Below are positions 46,401-56,621 of a DNA stretch of 64,000 nt, one piece after another. The stretch is from Octopus sinensis (lineage: Eukaryota), in the NCBI RefSeq assembly GCF_006345805.1, contig NC_043020.1, positions 22,382,001-22,446,000 of the forward strand, given 5' to 3'. The stretch's first letter is position 1; each line of letters begins with the position of its first letter. The translations under genes were made by a program, and so were the position numbers. The notes below the pieces were generated by a model, which made no database searches, was not told where the DNA came from, and saw nothing but the letters and a program-made list of their open reading frames with translations.

Positions 46401-47337
46401 CAGTACTCAACTGGTACTTAATTTATCAACCCCAAAAAGATGAAAGTCAAAGTCAACCTCAGTGGAATTTGAACTCAGAACTTAGCGACAGACGAAATAC
46501 TGCTAACGATTCTGCCAGCTCCCCACCATTATTAATAATGGTTTCAAATTTAGCCACAAGGACAGCAATATGGGGGGAGGGGATGAATCAATTACAATCG
46601 ACCCCAGTGTTTCACTGGTACTTAATTTATTGACCCCGAAAGGATGAAAGGCAAAGTTGACCTCAGTGGATTTGAACTCAAAACATAAAGATAGACAAAA
46701 TACCACTTAGCATTTTGCCCAATGTGCTAATTATTCCACCTTAATAATAATGGTTTCCAATTTAGCCACAAGGGCAACAATTTGGGGGAAGGGGCTGAGT
46801 CGATTACACTGACCCTCAGTATTTCACTGGTACTTAATTTATCAACCCTGAAAGGAGGAAAGGCAAAGTTGACCTCAGAATGTAGGGGCGGATGAAATAC
46901 CTATTTCTTTACTATCCACAAGGGGCTAAACAGAGAGGGGATGAACAAGGACAGACAAACGGATTAAGTCGATTACATCTAAAGGGTTAATCGACCCCAA
47001 AAGGATGAAAAGCAAAGTCGACTTCGGTGGAATTTGAACTCAGAACGTAACAGCAGATGAAATACCGCTAAACATTTCACCCGGTGTACTAACAATTCTG
47101 CCAACTCGCCCCCTTAATAATAATAATGTATTGTTCTGCTGTACAATTTCTCTTAAACATTCTGTGACCAATTTCTTCTTTTCTATTTGTTCCATGCACC
47201 CACCCACCTCTCTTGTAGAAGAAGCATATGCTAAAGCAGATTTCTTGGCCAATCTTCCACAACTCTTCAAACAGCTGCTTCAGAAAGAAGGAGAGGAAGG
47301 AGCTTTGAAATGTCTTATAAAAATGGTGAAAGCATGA
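29691..47337 (+). CDS. CENPP: centromere protein P-like gene, span of 9 coding exons (927 nt, 308 aa)
   Basis: All introns are GT-AG and the phases chain into one open frame. The protein matches CENP-P from memory in order and spacing: coiled-coil N-terminus, ETTGI, EKSKDL..VRFL...W...R..VF..L, VKWVIQ and a C-terminal P..F..L....G.E.AL..LIK. The start codon is the first ATG after an in-frame TAA. Confidence 0.8.
30271..30450 (+). CDS. CENPP: CENP-P-like coding exon 2
   Basis: TTTTCAG| acceptor, |GTAAGG donor; LNVEDAM...QIHTK (coiled coil). Confidence 0.88.
32286..32346 (+). CDS. CENPP: CENP-P-like coding exon 3
   Basis: TTTCAG| and |GTAAGT; TEEETLNEEEAKILSELKEN. Confidence 0.88.
33140..33212 (+). 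CDS. CENPP: CENP-P-like coding exon 4
   Basis: CTCCAG| and |GTAAGT; IMKCCETTGIGVDFKLQAYIIKSI. Confidence 0.88.
33720..34238. mobile_element. Tc1/mariner/pogo-type MITE
   Basis: TA|CCATAAATCCTCGAGTA ... TACTCGAGGATTTACGG|TA (16 of 17 TIR match, TA target site). Confidence 0.85.
34511..35275 (-). mobile_element. RTE LINE 3' fragment with 3' UTR and (GAT)-type tail, degraded
   Basis: LEVVDSFHCL, RELLPLLATKGL, RVKGRLYDACV; the UTR is shared with 45415-46053. Confidence 0.85.
35822..35910 (+). CDS. CENPP: CENP-P-like coding exon 5
   Basis: TTGCAG| and |GTGAGT; DVYHIVKHYKVLLLCTSIEVKIIVDLMIDM; supplies the required phase 1 to 0 change. Confidence 0.82.
36758..36960 (-). mobile_element. Tc1/mariner fragment with one TIR
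   Basis: TA-CCGGGTGTTCAAAAAGTCTC terminus; the - strand translates as LPRSPDLTMPDSFF*G (WPPRSPDL-type motif). Confidence 0.6.
36965..37398 (+). mobile_element. RTE (BovB-like) 3' fragment
   Basis: MEDRRIPKQMLYGEL...FKDCVKSSLK...WRKQVKEG, SRAGLISHQR and a (CAT)n tail. Confidence 0.85.
38981..39072 (+). CDS. CENPP: CENP-P-like coding exon 6
   Basis: TTGCAG| and |GTGAGT; RDIKLNYQVEKLQIKLKDKTIFAALKDTLA. Confidence 0.85.
39764..40276 (-). mobile_element. non-autonomous Helitron inserted in a family 1 SINE
   Basis: 5' TC (TCTATATATATAAAA), 3' CTAG preceded by a CCCGA...CCGGG hairpin, inserted between A and T. Confidence 0.85.
40936..41118 (+). CDS. CENPP: CENP-P-like coding exon 7
   Basis: ATTAG| and |GTGAGT; LEKSKDLVNAVRFLSSYGWLRDQRETVF...FDPNWP. 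Confidence 0.88.
41176..41720 (-). mobile_element. R4/Dong-type non-LTR element, 3' fragment with restriction-like endonuclease
   Basis: ILWNFPIQTDRKIDTN*PDIVIKD...LIDMSVP...KEYEKLSHYKDL...IPVEIGVLG...AHILWKALSI*; (TAA)n on both sides. Confidence 0.88.
43074..43165 (+). CDS. CENPP: CENP-P-like coding exon 8
   Basis: TGCAG| and |GTAAGT; DIKIHVKWVIQQNFLFRAESYISVFCKVSRS. Confidence 0.85.
43663..46053 (+). mobile_element. 5'-truncated RTE LINE with about 600-bp 3' UTR and (GAT)n tail, in CENP-P intron 8
   Basis: Uninterrupted RT ORF followed by a 3' UTR ending CATGGAAAACGGACGCTAA(ATG)n. Confidence 0.95.
43684..45414 (+). CDS. RTE reverse transcriptase (5'-truncated, 576 codons open) with an embedded PHD finger
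   Basis: KAPGPSGI, NYRGIKLL, QFGFVPG, FVDMEKAFD, HQGSVLSP, YADD, FRYLG, GRPRKTW; C4HC3 motif at 44629-44760. Confidence 0.9.
   Translation: MLNEENEWDKESLPNVDPTEGPAIRVDSSVVAKAIRSMKTGKAPGPSGITAEMLKMSGSVGYSLVTHIVNQVIHKGVIPNDWCSSIIVNCYKGKGDALDTNNYRGIKLLDQVMKVTERVIAQLIRERVSLDEMQFGFVPGKSTTDAIFLVRQLQEKYLAKDKPLYLAFVDMEKAFDRVPRSLIWWAMRKLGIDEWLVRAVRAMYRDAASRVRVGNEYSEEFRVEVGVHQGSVLSPLLFIIVLQAITEEFKTGCPWELLYADDLALIAESLSELEEKFQVWKQGLESKGLRVNLAKTKVVISRKVDKSQTPSGRWPCSICRKGVGRNSIRCTKCKLWTHKRCSNVKGRLTRKMVFVCGRCSGTINTENALRPTSVTFQGEKLEIVDSFRYLGDQVSSGGGCAESVTARVRIAWAKFRELLPLLVTKGLSHRVKGRLYDACVRTAMLHGSETWAVTAEDMRKLARNEASMLRWMCNAGTHTRQSVSTLREKLDLRSISCGVQERRLRWYGHVARMDEDSCVKKCHTLAVEGTCGRGRPRKTWDEVVKHDLRTLGLTEEMTRDRDLWKCAVREKTRQDK
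46090..47112 (-). mobile_element. head-to-tail cluster of family 2 SINEs (about 5 copies)
   Basis: Repeated AGGATGAAAGGCAAAGTCGACCTC...GAATTTGAACTCAGAA on +, separated by (TAA)n. Confidence 0.9.
47219..47337 (+). CDS. CENPP: CENP-P-like last coding exon
   Basis: Long pyrimidine tract and TTGTAG| acceptor; EAYAKADFLANLPQLFKQLLQKEGEEGALKCLIKMVKA*. Confidence 0.85.
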
Positions 47338-47909
47338 ACCAAGGTAGTTTTGGTGTTTTTTTTTCCAGTTTTACTTTGCTGCAAGAATTGTCCAGAGCAT
47401 TCAACCATGAATTGACACAGTTTTGTTATTAGAGTTCCTTGTATTTTGCCTCTAAAAGGATGCATTCCCTCCAAACATCATTGATTTCTCAATTACGAAA
47501 AGCAACAAAAAAAATTGGGGGGTACCATTCTGCTATACAAGGGATCTTATTGATGGAATATTGATTATTTGTTTATCAATAGATTTCAGGAGTTAGGAAA
47601 TAGAAATTATATTTGAAGAGCTTACATTCAAAACCAATTAAATGCGTCAGAACGACTTTTGAGTAATTGTTTAAAACAACATCTTGAATAAATCTGATTT
47701 TGATTGGAAGACTAAGAGTCGCCTCCTGTCTATATGGCATCTCTCCCAGTTTGTCTGAAAAACATTTCATGTGCATGAAGCAAGCAGCTTGCAGATTGTT
47801 TTAATGGTTGTCATGAAATCAACCAAATACGCACTTATAATGGGTTTGAAAGTCGGCTCCTCATTTTATTTCTTCACTGATTACTATACAAAATGATAAA
47901 GGCCTTTAG

Positions 47910-48322
47910 CCCCTTTCATACCAACCTGCATGAACTGCCTCTGGTTCTAGTACTCAAATTTCCTGTTTTAACTATTTTGCATTTAAACCAACTATATCTG
48001 GCCCAAAATATTCTATGTTTTATATTTAAACTGGCCACATCTGGTTTCTTACATTACAATGTCATTCTATAAATAAACAATCACATCTTTGAAAATCTCA
48101 TAGCTTCAGAATAATGCCTAATTACTTATTAAAAAAATGTGAATAAATTAGCATTACCATTTGACAGAAGAATCTGAATGCCAATGGGTTAAAATGGTCT
48201 GGATTTTTTTAGGTTCCAAACACCAGCTTAATAACAACAAAATTATGCTATTCTTCATTATTTTCAAAACTCGTTGAGACAAAGGCAATGTGTATTTCAA
48301 TGCAAGTATGGTAACAAAAGGG
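47910..48322. mobile_element. TTAA-type (piggyBac-like) MITE containing a nested second TTAA MITE (47972-48188)
   Basis: Right end GGTAACAAAAGGG|TTAA; inner element bounded by TTAA at 47968-47971 and 48189-48192. Confidence 0.65.
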
Positions 48323-49734
48323 TTAAAGTGATCTAAATTAAATCCTTCCACCTAAATTTCATATATTGTCCCAAACACCAACTTAATAATGACAGGCTTA
48401 TTTTACTAAATTCTTCATTATTTTTCAAAATTAATTGAAACAAAGACAGACTATTATTTTAAACAAAATATAGTTAAAAAAAAAAAAAAAAGTGTTTTTT
48501 GTTGTATTTTTTTAGTTTGTTATTTTGAAATTAAATACACAAGACAAATCTTTAAGGTTTGTTTCTTGGATGTGTTAAGGGTTAAAAAAGACAATGGAAT
48601 ACTTTCCATAGAAAGCTAAATACAATAGCAATTCCTTCAGTTATTTTGGTACCTTTTATCGCAATTCATTCTGGACGCTTATGACTGTGATAGGATGAGT
48701 TGTTGTATGCTCATGAGTGACTTTGGGGAGTGGAAACTGAAAGAAGCCTATCGTACATAGATACAGATGTATATAGGCATAGGTATGACTTGATTGTTAA
48801 GAAGCTTGCTTCTCAACCATGTGTTCAGTTCCACTGTGTGGCACCTCGGGCAAGTGTCTTCCACTATAGCCCTAGGCCAGCCAAAGCTTTGTAAATGGAT
48901 TTGGTAGATGGAAACTGAAAGAAGCCTGTTGTACATATGTGTGTGCAGGTGCCCTTGTCTTGACATTCTGTGATGTAAACAAACATTCCTGTCGTACTAA
49001 TAATTTTGTTAAACTCCAGTCTTTGGGAAATCTGTTTGGCCAAGAAGAAACCACTCTTTGCTTGGAAACAGGTGAGGGTTGGTGACAGGAAGAGCATCCA
49101 GCTGTAGAAAATCTCAGTAAACTCTGTTTGACCCACGATGATAATGTATGTGTGTGTGTGTGTTGAATGTAAGATGCAGGTATGTCTGCGTAATTTAGAA
49201 GTTTACTTCACAACCATGAGATTTCATGTTCAGTCCTGCAGCAGGTTACATTGAACAAACATCTCGTACTCCCAGCCCAAAATTACCCAAGTCTTGTCAG
49301 TTGGTTTACTGGACAGAAACTGGAAGAAGCCAGTCGTGTGTGTGTTTATATACAGGAGTGCTCATGTCTCTTCCAAGCAGGATCGTTTGTTTGCGGTCTT
49401 CCATGCAATCCTGTTTGGCCAGCATGCTGTTCATATTCAATTACCTTACTTAAAAACAGATAATGGGGACAGGAAAGATATCTGCCCCACACAAGCATGG
49501 AGAGTTGACACTCAAACGGTTAGGGTAATGTTTGTGTTTGTGTGTTTTTCTTAATATTTGTGTTCTACAAAAGTTTCTTACACAGGCTGTGATGTTGTCC
49601 CTTCTGTCAACAAAAAGTCTGCTCATTTTGTGCCTTCAAAGACACACAAACTATGAGGTCCCCTTATTTACAAAAATAGATAAGGGTCAGCAACAGGAAT
49701 GGCACTTGGTTATAAAACAGTGCCTCAATAAGTG

Positions 49735-50293
49735 TTAGGTTGTCAGATAAGTTCATTCCTATTTTTCTGTTTTTGGTTCTTTAACCATCGAGTGAAGATG
49801 ACGAGCGATGCTGTCGTGTGAGCATCCCATTTGCTGGGCCAACTGCCTCGTGGATTGGTGGGGATCTTCATGGATGAGCTGGTGCAATCGTTCTTCATTG
49901 AACTGAACAGGTCGGCCAGAGCGTGGAGAGTCTGTGAGATTAAATTTCCCCTCCTTGAAGCGTGCAAACCATTTCTGTGCAGTTCTTTCAGTAATGGTGC
50001 CCTCTCCGTACACGGCACAGATGTCTCGAGCGGCTTTGGTAGCCTTGGCGCCTTGATTGAAAGCGAAGAGGAGAAGGTGTCGCAAATGCTCATTCTTCTC
50101 CAACTGGCACTCCTTCGTCGTATGTCTGAAAAGAAGCAAAATTTATTCAAATTTCAAAAATGATAAACAGACATTGTAGAGGAAGAATAAATCTTTAAAG
50201 GAAAAAAAAAACCACCATAAAAATATTTTTCGTGTTTAATTCAAATAACATTGGAAAGAAATGAACAAATTTATCTGAGTCTGACCACCTCAT
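49735..50293 (-). mobile_element. internally deleted mariner retaining the N-terminal HTH region and both TIR remnants
   Basis: ECQLEKNEHLRHLL...AQKWFARFKEG...PRSGRP...IARHLHSM. TIR TTAGGTTGTCAGATAAGTTCATTCC at 49735-49759 with a degenerate inverse at about 50258-50293. Confidence 0.85.
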
Positions 50294-52059
50294 GTATCTG
50301 TCTAAGCTCAGTTGTAAACAATATTTCATTTTGCTATTTCAAGTAAACCATTAGGTTTTTAAAACTTCTTCAATTCTTGAGAATTACACATTTACCTTGT
50401 TTCAGTCATTGGTCTGCAGCCACACTGGAGCATCAACTGTAACACCCCCTGGCATTTAAAGCAACCTTAACCAAACCAAATATCCTACCTGTTTTATGTT
50501 CAAGCCAGACAGATCTCACACCTACCCTACAATGTCATTCTAAAAATAAACTATCACATCTTCAAAACCCCAAAACTATAAAACGATGGGAATGAATAAG
50601 GATTAGATCCGGTCGTCAAACAGTGGTGATGACAGACACAGGCTTCAACACAGTTTCTGTCTACCAAATTCACTCACAAAGCATTGGTCAAACCCAAGGC
50701 TATAACAGAAAGACACTTACCCAAGGTGCCACGTAGTGGGACTGAACCTGAAACCACATGGTTGCGATGCAAGCTTCTTAACCACATAGCCATGCCTGTG
50801 CCAAAGTTTCTTTCATAAAATTGTCAGAAGGCCAAACCCCAAACATAAACCCTTCAAAATCGTTGGGGTTTGTATGAGAACCATAAGGGGTCAGAGGCAG
50901 GTTGATAGTGAAAGGGACCTACTCATAATTTAAAAAGGAGGATGTAAATAATACCAGAAGGCATTGCGTCTGTCCCCATTACCCTAATATATGTACAGGG
51001 CCATGCATTCAAAAAAAGGGGTCAGCAGTGATTTTTAATAAGTGGCTAAAAGGTTTTGAAAAAAAGTTGGTTTGGGAGGAGTATGGTGGGATTTGAACAC
51101 TGAACAGTGACACTAAAATACCACCAGGTATTTCTTCGGCCTGTTGACTTCACCTCAAAGAGTTCAGTTAAGAAACTCACTTTCTAACCCTGTGGGTTCA
51201 AGTTCTGTCCCACTGCTCAGCACCTTGGGCAAGTTCTTACTGCTCTTGCTGCAATAGCTTGTGGATTTAGTAAATAGAAACAGGATGGAAGCGTATGATA
51301 TATATATATGTGTGTGCCACCAGTTAACAATTGGTGTTCCTTTGTTTATGTCCCCTTAGTGGTTCAGCAAAAGAGACTGATAGAATAAGTTACCAGACTT
51401 TAAAAAATAAGTACTGAGGTCAATTGTTCAACTGAACCCCAGAATGGTTGCAGTCCAATGATCAAAACAAGTGACAGACACAAAACCTCATACTTCAGGG
51501 AAGGAAACAGTCGATTATATAGACTCCAATGCTTCATTCAATACTTATTTTATCTGCCCCAGAAAGAAAAAAACTCAAAATTAACTCTCAAAGGGATTTG
51601 AACTCTTAAACCATAATAATTTCTTAAGCACAAAGTTACAAATTTAGGGGAAGATGTTTCTCAAATTAGCTACGGTTGAACCTGGAGAGAGATGAGCTCT
51701 GCTGGGCCTACATAGACTGCATGTCCAAAGCATGCTGTATATCACATTGGAATCTCTAGAGCCCCATGGTGTGGAGCAGGTGTACTTGTTCATCTTTCTA
51801 GGATCAATAAATTCAACCTCAGCATGAATCAAACACTGAATTTAAACTTCAGTAGATATCACATGGCATTCTTCTGCCATTTGATCACCATCCCAATAAT
51901 CCCTTATGTAGCACCAAGCCTGAAATTGTAGTGATGGTGGGGGCTGGTCAGTCTGTACCATTGACCAGTCTGGGAACTGAACTGAAATTTTCTCATCAAC
52001 CACAGAGGGAAGAAAGGCAAAACTAACTTGATGGGAAATATACCACAAAACATTTTGTT

Positions 52060-52900
52060 TGATACACTAACAGGAGGGATTTAGTCAGTTACATCGACCC
52101 CAATACATGACTGGTACTTTATTTTATTGACCCTCAAAAAATGAAAGGCAAAACTGACCTCAGTAAAAAATTGAAATACAGGACATAAATAACCAGCAAT
52201 TTGTCCAAAATGCTAACAATTCTGCCATTTGACTACCTTTTGATAATTATTTCAAATGTTTGGCTCAAGGTTAGCAGTTTTGTGAGGTGCAAGTTAAGTC
52301 CCAGGACATGACTGGTACTTGTTTTATCAATCCCAAAAGGATAAAAGGCAGAGTCAGCCTTGGTGGGATTTGAACTCAAGAACATAAGGAGCCAAAAGAA
52401 CTACCACTAGCATTTTATCCAATGCACCAACAATTTTGCTCACCACCTTAATAATAATAGGCACAAGGCCTGAGACATTGACCCCAGTGCTCAACTGGTT
52501 CTTAATTTGTTGACCCTGAAAGGATGAAAAGCAAGGTTGACCTTGGCAGAATTTGAACTCAGAACATGCAGACATGAAATGCCACCAAGCATTTTGTCCA
52601 GTGTGCTAACAATTCTGCCATTAGACCACCTTTTGATGATAATTATTTTAAATTTTAGCTCAAGGCTAGAAGTTTTGAGAGAAGCAGGGCAAAGCAAAGC
52701 AGGATGAAATGTTGCTAAGCAGTTTGTGCAAGGCCAGCAATTTTAGGGGAATGGATGTGTTGACTGTGAAAGGATGAAAGGCAAATTGGAGCTCAGCAGA
52801 ATTTGAACTCAGGACATAAACATTAACAGCTGGAAGGAATACCACCAAGCATTTCTGTCTGATGCACTAACAATTCTACCAGCTCATCACCTTAATAATA
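52060..52900 (-). mobile_element. cluster of 4 family 2 SINEs
   Basis: Same diagnostic motifs as other family 2 copies, all in one orientation. Confidence 0.88.
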
Positions 52901-52940
52901 AAATAAAAATTAAAACTTATAAATTTCTTTGATATTTTCT

Positions 52941-52946
52941 TTTATT
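52941..52946 (-). promoter_or_regulatory. candidate TALDO1 polyadenylation signal AATAAA
   Basis: TTTATT on +, about 130 nt after the stop codon, followed by U-rich sequence. Confidence 0.55.
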
Positions 52947-53076
52947 GCTTCAATATAGAGTTTGTTTGGTTTTTTGGGTTTTTTTTTCATTTTCGTTTTC
53001 TTTTGAAATTAAAGATCTTAAAAGACAAAAATATTTTGACAGTATCTTTTTGGATGATTGAATTCTTTGAATTGCA

Positions 53077-53234
53077 TTACATCTTATCCTGAAGAATCTT
53101 TTCCAATTTGATAGCGTCAGCAGAGAAGCGTCTGATGCCGTCAGCAAGTTTTTCTGTGGCCATTTCATCTTCGTTCATCATAAAGCGGAATGTTTTCTCA
53201 TCCACCGTGACTTTTTCTAAATCCATGTCTTGTG
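53077..53234 (-). CDS. TALDO1: transaldolase last coding exon
   Basis: [52 protein letters not shown]; TTTCAG| acceptor. Confidence 0.96.
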
Positions 53235-56200
53235 CTGAAAATTTCAATTAAAACCAAATGTAAAGAAAAAAAAAAAAATTGGAGGAAAAAAAAATCAACA
53301 AAACAGCAAAAAAATATTTCAAATGCTAACATCTTTCAAGCATTGAGCCTCATGGAGGCAAAGTGGTGGCGCTTCTTTTGAATGCTGGGCCTCATGGAAG
53401 CAATGACCGAGACTTTTGGCATTATGTCATGCTTGAGAAGAAGACCCATCAAGCTGAGTAAAATCACAGTTGTGGCAGATATCAGTGTCACGCAAATGGC
53501 ACCTGTGCTGGTGGCACATAAAAGCACCTTTTAAGCGTTGGGCCTCACAGAGGCAAGGACTGAGACCATTTGCCATTATGCCAGGCTTGAGAAGAAGACC
53601 CATCAAGCCAAGTAAAATCGCAGTTGTGGCAGATACTAGTGGCACGTAAAAGCACCTTTCAAGTGTTGGGCCTCATGGAGGCATGGACCGAGATCATTTG
53701 GCATTATGCCGGGCTTAACAGGGGCAACGGTCCATTATGCTGGACTTTATGGTTAAAGTGAAATCTAGTATATCTATATATATATATATATACACATATA
53801 TAAGTGGGAAGACCAGTCAAGCCAAGTAAAACTGCAGTTGTGGCAGATACTACTGTCACACAAATGGCACCCATACTTTCAAGTATTGGGCCTCACAGAG
53901 GCAAGGACTGATACCATTTGCCATTATGCCGGGCTTGAGAAGACCCACCAAGCTGAGTAAAATCGCAGGTGTGGCAGATACCACTGTCACACAAATTGCA
54001 CCTGTGCCATGTAAAAGCACCCCATTACACTCTCAGAGTGGTTGGCTTTAGGAAGGACATCCAGCTGTAGAAACCATGCCAAAACAGACTGGAGTCTGGC
54101 GCAGCCTTGCCAGCCCTGGTCAAACTGTCCAACCCATGACAGCAAGGACAACGGACTTTAAGTGACAATGAGTGTAGGTGTGAAAACAGCAGAGACATTG
54201 AGTATGTTACCCTTATAGGACAAAAAATGTTGGGAGACAAGTGTGGAACTTGAAACCTGGACCTCCCACATACCGGCTGGTCCTCTACCATTAAGCTAAA
54301 CTGCCCACTGACAACAATTTCTCTCCATTTAATGCTATAAACATAGATTCTTCTGGAATGCCACATCATAGGTAAACAAACTTCCCCACTTTTGCTTTCA
54401 AAATATTCCTTTCTTGTCTGTAGGATACAATACACATTTGATGCTTCCAAAAACAAAAGAAATTGGAAAAAGGTTTCTTTCCATATGTTGTTGCATCGAC
54501 AAAATAATTCTACTTTTACTGGTTTCAGTCATTAGACTGTGGCCATGCTGGGGCACCACCTCTAAGAATTTTAGTCGAATGAATCAACTCAAAGACTTTT
54601 TTTTTAAAGCCTAGCACTTATTCTATCAGTCACTTTTGCCAAACCACTAAGTTATGAGGACAGAAACACATAAACATTGGTTGTACAACATAACATACAA
54701 ATTTCAAGAAGTTAAAATTCAGTTTCTAAGCTTTTCACTGTGAAACTTTAAGCATATGTAAATACGTCTCGTTGGTCTCTTTATATACAGAAAATAAAGG
54801 AGATTGTCCTACTTCATTTCATTTTAATTTCATGCATTGTTTTTGTCAACTACACAGTATAGTGGGGTCAGTTGGGCACTGTCTGCGAGAAAAACAGCAC
54901 CATGATGCAATTCATTCTACCAGAAGTTTGGAAACGACATGCTGTACTGCTTGCCATTGCGCCAGAAGCTCCAATACGAACATTTCAGAGTGTTTGGGTG
55001 TCAATCTGAGGACATGTACTGAGAGTGATAAAAATCAAACATCATGGTGTTTGGTGTGATCACTAGTGATGGCAACATTAGGCTTCCATTCATCTTCCCA
55101 TGGAGGAGGTAGTGTTGCCCTGGGTGAATAGGGTAGCTGCTGGAAGATCCTATGTCTGGCAACAGGAATCTGCACCATGCCACAGAAGCAGGAGATCCTG
55201 CGACATCACCCGTAACATCTGGCCACATAACTCCCCAAACAGCAACCCCCTTGATTATTAAATGTAGGGTGCAGTTGAGCGAGAGACCAACAAAACTCCT
55301 TGTAACCCCAAAGATGAACTGAAGGCAAGGACTATGGTAGCATTCACTAACTTAAACAAGGAGACCATCCAGAAGAGTTACAAGAGATTTCAAAGTCATC
55401 TGGAGGTCGTGGTTGAAGCCGATGGCAATTTTATTGAATAAATTTACTCTTTAGTATTTCAAGCCTTTTGAGCAGATTTGGTGAACCCTAAATCCCAGTC
55501 CAGAAATTGAAACCACAATCACAACACTTTACACACTGTATTTTATCGAACCCTGAAGGATGAAAGGCAAGGTTGATCCAAAAACAAATACTGCAAATCC
55601 ACCAAAGGACTAATTACAATAATAACAACGATCAATAAATCAATAAATACCTTTGTCCTCTGACAGCTGGGTTTGTAAGATGTGGTTCATTTTACTGAGT
55701 TCTTCCAATAATTTGGGGCTGTTTTGATAAAAATTTGAAAGACAAAGAATAAAGTATCAGTATTTATTAAAAATATTGGTTTCAAATTTTGGCACAAGGC
55801 CAGCAATATTAGGGGAGCAAGGAAGGTTGATTACATAGACTCCAGTGTGCAACTGGTACTTGTTTTATCAACTCCAAAAGGAGGAAAGACAAAGTCAAAC
55901 TAAGGTGGAATTGGAACTCAGAACATGGACGTAATGCTGCCAAATGTTTTGCCCAGTGTGCCAACGATTCTCCCAGCACAAGGCGGGAGGGGGGTCAGTC
56001 TCATCAACCCCAGTACTCAACTGGTAATTGATGGTATCAAGGGTGAAAGGCAAAGAGGTCCTCTGTAAAATTCATTCTCAAAATGTAAAGATGGATGAAA
56101 TTCTGCCAAACATTTTGAATGGAATTCTAACCATTCTGTTAGCTCAATGCCTTACAAGGATAATAATGTTCTCTATTAAAGGTACAAGGCCTGAAATTTG

Positions 56201-56586
56201 TGAGAAGGGGATTAGGCAATTACATCGACCCCCAGTGTTTCACTGGTACTTATTTTATTGACCCCAAAAGGATGAATAGAAAAGTTGACCTCGGCAGGAT
56301 TTGAACTCAGAATGTAGTGATGGGTGAAACACTATTAATCATTTCGCCTGGCAGGCTTATGATTCAGCCAGCTTGATGATAATCCTTTCTGCTGGAAGCA
56401 CAAGGCCTCAAATTTGGGGGAAGGTATTAAGTCAATTACATTGACCCCCAGTGCATAACTGGTACTTATTTTATTGACCCTGAAAGGATGAAAGGCAAAG
56501 TCAACCTTGGCGGAATTTGAACTCAAAACATAACAGCAGACAAAATACCACGTCAGCGTGCTAACGATTCTGCCAGCTTGTCACCC

Positions 56587-56621
<35 letters not shown>

